Below are positions 52,484-64,000 of a DNA stretch of 64,000 bases, piece after piece; positions within the stretch are counted from its first letter, which is position 1, and the number at the start of each line of letters is the position of its first letter. Below the pieces are notes generated by a model, which did no database searches, was not told the origin of the DNA, and saw only the letters and a program-made list of their open reading frames with translations. Both the position numbers and the translations under genes were made by a program. The DNA comes from Eledone cirrhosa (Eukaryota). The DNA lies in the NCBI GenBank assembly GCA_964016885.1, contig OZ024741.1:341434001-341498000 (forward strand), given 5' to 3'.

Positions 52484-55087
52484 ATTACTTGATGCTTTCG
52501 ACAGTAAGGAAGAACATTTAGAGTCGGACAATATAGAGGGAGAGTGGGAATTTCTGAAAGCAAACCTGCTGTTGGCGACAGACGAGGTCTGTGGCTGGAG
52601 CAGGCCTGTAGGCAGGAGGAGAGTAACATGGTGGTGGAACAGTAAGGTGGAGGGGTCAATTAAGGCCAAAAAGCAGGCTTGGAAAGTATGGCGGGATGGG
52701 GGAAGTAGAGAGGACTATCAAGTGGCCAGGAGGGAAGCTAGGAGACAAGTGTACTTAGCAAGAAGGGAAGCTGAGGAAAGAAAGTTCAAGCATGTTCTAC
52801 AACGCGATGACCAAAAACGTGAGGTGTTCAGGATTGCTAGGCAATGCGTCAAGGAAAACCGTGATATTGTCGGGGAGAAGTGTGTACTAAACGACGATGG
52901 CACACTTGCCATCACCGACGCTGATAAGAAGGTAGCTTGGAAGTGTCACTATGAAAGGCTACTAAATGAGGAGAATAATTGGGAGAAAGGCAGTCTCCCC
53001 CATATCGACCCAATAGAGGGACCAGCAGTGTTAGTCGAGGGGAGTATAATAAGTAAGGCAATCAAGGATATGAAGACTGGTAAGGCGGCTGGGCCTTCGG
53101 AAATAGTTGCTGAGATGCTGAAGGCATCTGGCACGGTGGGACACACCATGGTCACCCGCATAGTTAACCAAGTCGTACAGAATGGGGTTGTTCCGAAGGA
53201 CTGGCATAGCAGCATCATCGTTAACTGTTATAAGGGTAAAGGAGACGCCCTAGATAGGAGTAACTATAGAGGCATTAAATTAATCGACCAGGTCATGAAG
53301 GTCACGGAAAAAGTAATAGCGCAACTAATCAGAGAGAGAATTGACCTAGATGAAATGCAGTTCGGGTTTGTGTCAGGCAAAAGTACCACAGACGCTCTTT
53401 TCATAGTACGACAACTACAGGAGAAGTACCTAGCTAAAGGTAAACCCCTCTACTTAGCTTTTGTCGACTTGGAGAAAGCCTTCGACAGAGTCCCCCGCTC
53501 CATTATCTGGTGGGCTCTTAGAAAACTAGGCGTTGACGAATGGCTTGTGAGGGCTATACAAGCCATGTATAAAGAAACAGTCAGCAAGGTTAGAATTAAC
53601 AACGAATATAGTGAAGAGTTTAGCGTAAAAGTTGGCGTCCATCAGGGCTCTGTTCTCAGTCCACTACTATTTATTATTGCCCTTCAGGCTATAACAGAGG
53701 AGTTCAAGACAGGCTGCCCATGGGAACTCCTATACGCAGACGACCTGACACTCATAGCGGAATCAATGGCCGAGCTAGAGAAGAAATTCCAAACATGGAA
53801 GCACGGCCTAGAGTCAAAAGGACTTAAAATTAACCTGGCTAAGACCAAAGTACTAGTTTGTAGGAAAGAAAACAAGGCGGCGGTCCCTTCTGGGAAATGG
53901 TCGTGCTCGGTGTGTAGGAAAGGCGTAGGTAGAAACTCCATTTTATGTCCTAAATGCAAAGTATGGGTGCATAAAAGATGTAGTGGGATCACAGGTAAGC
54001 TAACTAAGAACATAGATTTTACATGTGGCCGGTGCTCTGGTGCAATAAGTAGCAGCAAGTGCCCACAAACTACTAGCTCTTTCAATTGCGCAGAGGGTTC
54101 TATAGAAATAGTGGACAGCTTCCGTTACCTGGGCGATAAAATCAGCAGTGGGGGAGGGTGCTCTGAAAGTACTGTAGCTAGAGTCAGAACTGGTTGGAAA
54201 AAGTTCAGAGAGCTTATACCACTATTAGCTGCTAAAGGGTTCTCACTAAAAATGAAAGGCAGGTTGTACGATGCCTGCATACGAACAGCAATGCTGCATG
54301 GCAGTGAGACCTGGGCATTGTGTGCAGAGAATATACGCAGACTAGAGAGGAACGAAGCTTGCATGCTCCGCTGGATGTGTAACAGTAATATACGTGAACG
54401 GCAAAGCATAAACGAACTAAGGAAAAAATTAGAGATAAGAGGGATCAGATGTTGTTTACTCGAGAGAAGGCTACGTTGGTATGGACACGTGATGCGCATG
54501 AAAGTCGATAGCTGTATAACAAAGTGCAGGGCAATAAAGATAGACGGTAGTCACGGAATAGGCAGACCTAGAAAAACCTGGGACGAGCTGATAAACTCCG
54601 ACATCACACACTTACACCTCTCCAAGACAATGTCACTGGACCGAGACCTTTGGCGGTACTCAGTAACAGAGAAGACCCGCCTTACCTAAATATATAGTAA
54701 AACCTACTCCAGCCAGTAGGCATCTCTAACAAAATACACCCCGTCCCACCACCACCACCCCCACCCGATCCACACCACCCCGTTCTATGTAAAGTTATGT
54801 TGGTGCCGCGCCATCGAGGCCGAAACAAATGAGATCGTGTAGGTGTCACGACAAAAAAACACACAGTCCACGCTGTAATGTGGCCGTGTAGGCAACACGG
54901 TAAAAACCTCCCAGACCCACACTGTAAATGTGGTTGGTGTTAGGAAGGGCATCCAACTGTAGAAAACCTGCCAGACAGTCCTATGCGAGCAAGACAATCA
55001 CTCTTGCCTCAAGTGGGACTACCCCCGTCCAAACCCATGCAAGCGTGGAACACGGACGTTAAACGTTGATGATGATGATGATGATGA
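52484..55087 (+). mobile_element. 5'-truncated RTE LINE with an open RT frame (to 54689), 3'UTR and (GAT)n tail
   Basis: Collinear with 57263-59975; YADD; flanked by (TA)n. Confidence 0.95.
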
Positions 55088-55181
55088 ATATATATAATAT
55101 ATATATATATATATAATATATATATATAATATATATATATATATATAATATATAAATATATAATATATATATATATAATAT

Positions 55182-56089
<908 letters not shown>

Positions 56090-56090
<1 letters not shown>

Positions 56091-59000
56091 AAAATACGGC
56101 GATCTTATCTTAAACCTTACATTCTCGCTAACAACCCATCATCCCTCCCTCCCGCCCCCACGCACCACCATTATTACGTGGACCAATCATAAGTCAGAGG
56201 CCCATACTATCGCTTAACTGGTTGCTTTTCGATATGATGGATGGACTACGGAATTCTGGAGAGTTGAAGAGAGAAAAATGTGGACGCTCAGCGACAATGC
56301 CAAAGATAAAGCCAAATTCACCTCGTGGACGAGAATGCAAGCACTCCTCCTTGTTTCGGCCCAGGATGGCTAACATAACCCCCCCCCCCCCCCCGCGCCC
56401 CACCGCTCCCACCCTCCAAACGCAATCCAAAACTTCAGAGTTGGTACCATGAATGTAGGCACCTTAAAGGGTCGCTCTAACGAGGTTGTAGAAATGCTTG
56501 AACGTAAGGAGGTCGATGTTTGTTGTATTCAAGAGACCAGGTGGAGGGGAGGGTCGGCTAGATTCATCGTGGGTAAAGAACGATGCTATAAGCTTTTCTG
56601 GGTGGGAAATGACAATGGGTTGGGTGGGGTAGGAATCATGGTAGCAGAAAAGTGGGCAGATAAGATAATAGACGTAAATAGAGTGAACGACAGAATAATT
56701 AAAATAAGACTTGTCCTCAATAAAACTACGGTGACAGTAATATCTGCGTACGCACCCCAATCCGGACTGCCCCGCGCTATAAAAGACAGATTCTACCAGA
56801 CACTGATGCTCGCTACCTCCCAAATAACCGACAGTGACTATATAGTTATTGCAGGCGACCTAAATGGTCACGTTGGACAACATTGTGATGGCTATGACGG
56901 AATCCATGGAGGCTATGGGTTCGGTACTAGAAATGAGGAAGGCTCCAGAATCCTGGAATTCTGCGACGCAAATAACTTAACTATCTGTAACACTAACTTC
57001 AAAAAACGAGACAATCACTTGATCACCTATAGATCGGGGGAACACACAAGCCAGGTAGATTATATCCTTACCAGAAGACGTGACAGAGTGTCTGTTGTTA
57101 ACACTAAATCCCACCCCCATGAAGAATTCACCTCCCAACATAGACTGATAATTAGCGACCTCATAGTCAGGACGAGACGTACTAGACAGCGGAAGAGGAC
57201 TATCCTCAGGAGAAAAATATGGAAGCTAAAGGACCCCATAGCCAGAAATAAATTTCAAAGCAAATTACTTGACGCTTTCGACAGTAAGGAAGAGCAATTA
57301 GAGTCGTATAATATAGAGGAACAGTGGGAATTCCTGAGAGCAAACCTGCTGACGGCGGCAGACGAAGTCTGTGGCTGGAGCAGGCCTGTAGGTAGGAGGA
57401 GAGTAACATGGTGGTGGAACAGTAAGGTGGAGGAGTCAATTAAGGCCAAAAAGCAGGCTTGGAAAGTATGGCGGGATGGGGGAAGTAGAGAAGACTATCA
57501 AGTGGCCAGGAGGGAAGCTAGGAGACAAGTGTACTTCGCAAGAAGGGAAGCAGAGGAAAGAAAGTTCAAGCATGTTCTACAACGTGAGGACCAAAAACGT
57601 GAGGTGTTCAGGATTGCCAGGCAATGTGTCAAGGAAAACCGTGATATTGTCGGGGAGAAGTGTGTACTTAACGATGATGGCATACTTGCCATCACCGACG
57701 CTGATAAGAAGGTAGCTTGGAAGTGTCACTACGAAAGGCTTCTAAATGAGGAGAACAAATGGGAGAAAGACAGTCTCCCCCAGATCGATCCAATAGAGGG
57801 ACCAGCAGTGTTAGTTGAAGGTAGTATAATAAGTAAGGCAATCAAAGATATGAAGACGGGTAAGGCGGCTGGGCCTTCGGAAATAGTTGCTGAGATGCTG
57901 AAGGCATCTGGTTCGGTGGGACACACCATGGTCACCCGGATAGTTAACCAAGTCGTACAGAATGGGGTTGTTCCGAAGGAATGGCGTAGCAGCATCATCG
58001 TTAACTGCTATAAGGGAAAAGGAGATGCCCTAGATAGGAGTAACTATAGAGGCATTAAATTAATCGACCAGGTCATGAAGGTCACGGAAAAAGTAATAGC
58101 GCAACTAATCAGAGAGAGAATTGATCTAGATGAAATGCAGTTCGGGTTTGTGTCAGGCAAAAGTACCACAGACGCTCTTTTCATTGTACGACAACTACAG
58201 GAGAAGTACCTAGCTAAAAGTAAACCCCTATACTTAGCTTTTGTCGACTTGGAGAAAGCCTTCGACAGAGTCCCCCGTTCCATTATCTGGTGGTCTCTTA
58301 GAAAACTAGGTGTTGACGAATGGCTTGTGAGAGCTATACAAGCCATGTATAAAGAAACAGTCAGTAAGGTTAGAATTAACAACGAATATAGTGAAGAGTT
58401 TAGCGTAAAAGTTGGTGTCCATCAGGGCTCTGTACTTAGCCCCCTACTATTTATTATTGCCCTTCAGGCTATAACAGAGGAGTTCAAGACCGGCTGCCCA
58501 TGGGAACTCCTATACGCAGATGATCTAACGCTCATAGCTGAATCAATGACCGAACTAGAGAAGAAATTCCAAACGTGGAAGCACGGCCTAGAATCAAAAG
58601 GCCTTAAAATTAACCTGGCTAAGACTAAAGTTCTAGTTTGTAGGAAAGAAAATAAGGCGGCGGTCCCATCGGGGAAATGGCCATGCTCAGTGTGTAGGAA
58701 AGGCGTAGGTAGAAACTCCATTTTATGTCCCAAATGCAAAGTATGGGTGCATAAAAGATGTAGTGGGATCACAGGTAAGCTAACTAAGAACATAGATTTT
58801 ACATGTGGCCGGTGCTCTGGTGCAATAAGTAGCAGCAAGTGCCCACAAAATACTAGCTCCTTCAACTGCGCAGAGGGTTCTATAGAAATAGTGGACAGCT
58901 TCCGTTATCTGGGTGACAAAATCAGCAGTGGGGGAGGGTGCTCTGAAAGTACAGTAGCTAGAGTCAGAACTGGATGGAAAAAGTTCAGAGAGCTTATACC

Positions 59001-59975
59001 ACTATTAGCCGCTAGAGGGTTCTCCCTAAAAATGAAAGGCAGGTTATACGATGCCTGCATACGAACAGCAATGCTGCATGGCAGTGAGACCTGGGCATTG
59101 TGTGCAGAGGATATACGCAGACTAGAGAGGAACGAAGCTTGCATGCTCCGCTGGATGTGCAATAGTAATATACGTGAACGGCAAAGCATAAACGAACTAA
59201 GGAAAAAATTAGAAATAAGAGGGATCAGATGTTGTTTACTCGAGAGAAGGCTACGTTGGTACGGTCACGTGATGCGCATGAATGACGACAGCTGTATAAC
59301 AAAGTGCAGGGCAATAAAGATAGACGGTAGCCACGGAGTAGGCAGACCCAGAAAAACATGGGACGAGCTGATAAATTCCGACCTCACACGCTTACACCTC
59401 TCCAAGACAATGTCACTGGACCGAGACCTTTGGCGGTACTCAGTAATAGAGAAGACCCGCCTTACCTAAATACAAAGTAAAAACCTACTACAGTCAGTAG
59501 GCATCTCTATCAAAACACACCCCCGTCCCACCACCTCCACCCCACCCACACCGCCCCTTTCAATGTAAAGTTATGTTGGTCCCACAACATCCAGGCCGAA
59601 ACAAATAAGATCGTGTAGGTGTCACGACAAAAAACACACAGTCCACGCTGTAAATGTGGCCGTGTAGGCAACACGGTAAAAACCTCCCAGCCCCACACTG
59701 TAAATGTGGTTGGTGTTAGGAAGGGCATCCAGCTGTAGAAAACCCGCCAGACAGTCCACGCTGTAATGTGGCCGTGTAGGCAACACGGTAAAAACCTCCC
59801 AGCCCCACACTGTAAATGTGGTTGGTGTTAGGAAGGGCATCCAACTGTAGAAAACCCGCCAGACAGTCCTATGCGAGCAAGACAACCACTCTTGCCTCAA
59901 GTGGGAAAACCCCCGTCCAAACCCATGCAAGCGTGGAACACGGACGCTAAACCTGATGATGATGATGATGATGAT
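56090..59975 (+). mobile_element. Apparently full-length RTE-clade LINE
   Basis: 5'UTR, single APE-RT ORF, 3'UTR and (GAT)n tail. Confidence 0.93.
56449..59469 (+). CDS. RTE ORF: AP-endonuclease plus reverse transcriptase with an internal PHD-type finger
   Basis: APE motifs NVGTL, IQETRW, SAYAPQ, GDLNGHVG, VDYIL, SQHRL; RT motifs FVDLEKAFD, GVHQGSVLSPLLF, YADD, FRYLG; 1006 aa with no stop. Confidence 0.95.
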   Translation: MNVGTLKGRSNEVVEMLERKEVDVCCIQETRWRGGSARFIVGKERCYKLFWVGNDNGLGGVGIMVAEKWADKIIDVNRVNDRIIKIRLVLNKTTVTVISAYAPQSGLPRAIKDRFYQTLMLATSQITDSDYIVIAGDLNGHVGQHCDGYDGIHGGYGFGTRNEEGSRILEFCDANNLTICNTNFKKRDNHLITYRSGEHTSQVDYILTRRRDRVSVVNTKSHPHEEFTSQHRLIISDLIVRTRRTRQRKRTILRRKIWKLKDPIARNKFQSKLLDAFDSKEEQLESYNIEEQWEFLRANLLTAADEVCGWSRPVGRRRVTWWWNSKVEESIKAKKQAWKVWRDGGSREDYQVARREARRQVYFARREAEERKFKHVLQREDQKREVFRIARQCVKENRDIVGEKCVLNDDGILAITDADKKVAWKCHYERLLNEENKWEKDSLPQIDPIEGPAVLVEGSIISKAIKDMKTGKAAGPSEIVAEMLKASGSVGHTMVTRIVNQVVQNGVVPKEWRSSIIVNCYKGKGDALDRSNYRGIKLIDQVMKVTEKVIAQLIRERIDLDEMQFGFVSGKSTTDALFIVRQLQEKYLAKSKPLYLAFVDLEKAFDRVPRSIIWWSLRKLGVDEWLVRAIQAMYKETVSKVRINNEYSEEFSVKVGVHQGSVLSPLLFIIALQAITEEFKTGCPWELLYADDLTLIAESMTELEKKFQTWKHGLESKGLKINLAKTKVLVCRKENKAAVPSGKWPCSVCRKGVGRNSILCPKCKVWVHKRCSGITGKLTKNIDFTCGRCSGAISSSKCPQNTSSFNCAEGSIEIVDSFRYLGDKISSGGGCSESTVARVRTGWKKFRELIPLLAARGFSLKMKGRLYDACIRTAMLHGSETWALCAEDIRRLERNEACMLRWMCNSNIRERQSINELRKKLEIRGIRCCLLERRLRWYGHVMRMNDDSCITKCRAIKIDGSHGVGRPRKTWDELINSDLTRLHLSKTMSLDRDLWRYSVIEKTRLT

Positions 59976-60227
59976 ATATACATACATACATATATACATA
60001 TATAAAATATGAAACGATCGTTAAATAATGAACTTTTTTTGTTTAATATAAGGAACTGTTTCATTGTTTTACTCATTATTTTTTTTATATTTTATCTTGA
60101 CTCTGTATTCCGTTTATCTTTCACCGAAAGTGATTTTTCATTGCATCTCTTCTTTCCATGATATCCGGATTACATTGAGTTCTTCATACGGATTGGACAC
60201 TACCGTAAACTCTTGGTAGATTTATCT

Positions 60228-61551
<1,324 letters not shown>

Positions 61552-63107
61552 TAACTTTGAATAACTTTGAAATGTTTTGACCAGTATTGGCCCAGGCCAT
61601 GTCTAACTTAATAGCACCACCTGGCGAAGTCTTTCAATTCAGGATTTGGGCACCATGGCCCATTCGAGAAGAGAATTACTGTTTGCGGAGACATATCCGG
61701 GTGTGGGTGGTTTGTCCGGGATTACTTGGAGGAATTTGTCCAAAGACTTCTTGAATTTTGTGTGGTCAGTTTCTGTTTTGACGTGTCCTGGTGTGATGTT
61801 GAAGAGAGCAGGGCCGATTGAGGTGAAATAATTGTGCCGTATTGTTGTTATGAGTTGCGATTTAGATTTTTGAATGGGACGGATAGCACGGGGCCCAAGC
61901 CTTGGGTGTATCTTGAAGGCGATGCCAACATCATTTGGGCAGTGATGATGGAACATTTTCCACATCATGCAGATAATATAACGCTCACGGCGACGTTGGA
62001 GTGAGTAAAGTTTCAGGTTTTCTAATCGACCCCAGTAGTCAAGGTCTGACATGTCATCTATCTTTTTCGTGATTGCCCTTTGAGGAGCTTCAAGTTTCAT
62101 GATACTTTGTTTCGTGTGGGGAGACCACAGTGGACAACAGTATTCAAGGTGTGGTCGGGCGAAAGTAGAGAAGAGAAGGATAATGGTGCGGGAATCTCTC
62201 GACTGGAAGGTTCTGAGGATCCAGGAACACATTCTGCGGGCCATGTCAACTTTGCTGCTTATATGCGTGGTCCAGCTTATGTTGCTGTCCACGGTTACTC
62301 CCAAGTCTCTGATGTTGTTAGATGCCACGAGAGTTTCCCCGGAGGGAAGGGAGTACGGGAGTTTCAGAGCATCCTCTTTTCCAAAGTGGATCAGTTCGAA
62401 TTTGTCTTCGTTCAGTAACATGTTGTTCTTTTCTGCCCATTGGGTAACAGCCAGTAGGTCTGACTGAAGGCTTATCCGGTCATCCACGCCATTGATGACC
62501 TTTTGGAGCTTGGAATCATCAGCGAAAATTTTAATGTTGCTGTGTTTGATGATGTCAGTGATGACATTAATATAGATGATGAAGAGAAGTGGGCCCAACA
62601 CAGTGCCTTGTGGGACTCCACTACTGACTTTGGCTGGGCTTGATTTGACTCCCTCAACTACAACATGTTGGGTTCTGTTTGACAGGAAGCTCTTGATCCA
62701 CTGCAGCAGCTTTCCAGTGACACCAATATTGGACAGCTTTCTCAGTAGAATGTTATGATCAACCCTGTCAAAGGCCTTGCTGAAATCAAGGTAGATAACA
62801 TCAGTGTTGGAACCCTCTCCCAAGGCTCTCAAAATGTCATCAAAGTGATGCAGTAGTTGCGTCAGGCAATCCCTTCCATTACGGAATCCATGCTGGTTGG
62901 AGTTCAGCATATTGTTACTCTCAAGGAAGTGGGTCATTCGCGATCTCACCACTCGCTCAAATACCTTAATGATATGAGAGGTGAGTGAGATTGGACGGTA
63001 ATTCACGGCAAGGGATTTGTTTCCCTTTTTGAAAACTGGGACAACAGACTGGGATAGAAGGTTTTCTGGCACATATCCAGCATCCAGTGAGTTCCGCCAC
63101 AGATTGG
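61552..63107 (-). mobile_element. Second, shorter copy of the CR1-group LINE (ORF 61639-63072)
   Basis: Nearly identical to 50008-51563 (about 5 differences seen by eye); flanked by (TA)n. Confidence 0.95.
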
Positions 63108-63122
63108 ATATATATATACATG

Positions 63123-63233
<111 letters not shown>

Positions 63234-63238
63234 ATATA

Positions 63239-63368
<130 letters not shown>

Positions 63369-63525
63369 TAAAATAACAGATTAAAGTTTAAGCAAAGAAT
63401 CGCTGCTTTCACCCTTAACGGGATCTTCTGAAACTAACAAAGTCAATCTGTAAACGCAGAACTGGATATTTCAAAAAACGTTGCAACCGGAGGAAGACAG
63501 GAAGACGATACTTTGGTTCGTGGTA

Positions 63526-63781
63526 ACGTTCGCTGGCAAAGAACGGGAAAAAACGAATAATACGTCATTAATAGGAGCGGTGAAAAACAATTACGCGCAA
63601 AGACAGAACCACGTTAATGGTATAAAAGAGGTCGTAGACTAATATTCTCTTAAGTGGTGCATAGAGACGTTCTCTGGCAATGAACGAAAAAACGAAGATA
63701 ATAAGTCATATGTGGAGCGTGGAGAACAATGGCACGCAAAGACAAAACCACGTAAATGGTATAGCAGAAGTCGTAGACTAA
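63526..63781. repeat. Diverged ~140-bp direct repeat x2
   Basis: acgttc.ctggcaa.gaacg...aaccacgt.aatggtata...gtcgtagactaa occurs twice. Confidence 0.75.
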
Positions 63782-64000
63782 AATTCTAACTAGGAGACCA
63801 AATGAATCTCCGCTACAGAGTTAAGAACAAAGTAAATAAATACAATACAGAAATAAATGAAACAAATAAATAAATACAATACAGAAATAAATGAAACAAA
63901 TAAATACATACAGGCAAACAGATACATACATACATAAGCATACGCAAAACCTTACCATAGGTATACAAAACCACGCACATATAAATATGTGTGTGTGTGT

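Noticed and set aside
56300-56375. Possible HDV-like ribozyme in the RTE 5'UTR
   Set aside because: I could not build the nested double pseudoknot by eye; it needs a motif search
63400-63436. Minus-strand CAGAAGA-uccc..gggu-GAAA hammerhead-like motif
   Set aside because: Core mismatch and no convincing stem I or III

Overview
AT-rich, microsatellite-dense animal DNA. The SINE, LINE and repeat content suggests a mollusc, probably an octopus (inference). The window appears to lie inside a minus-strand Vps10p-domain receptor gene (SorCS-like). Two consecutive coding exons are visible, at 42606-42761 and 10705-10775, separated by a ~31.8 kb intron. The rest is repeat-derived: a full-length Ty3/Gypsy LTR element with a 5-bp TSD, an intact RTE-clade LINE with a PHD-type finger inside its RT (plus truncated copies), two near-identical CR1-group LINE copies in (TA)n tracts, remnants of Tx1, R4/Dong, CRE and Penelope-like elements, tRNA-derived SINEs, MITEs and large minisatellites. 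The most striking unexplained structure is a ~510-bp palindromic element with a minimal hammerhead ribozyme motif in each arm. Three more minimal hammerhead motifs lie nearby. Most long ORFs in the track are artefacts of simple repeats.
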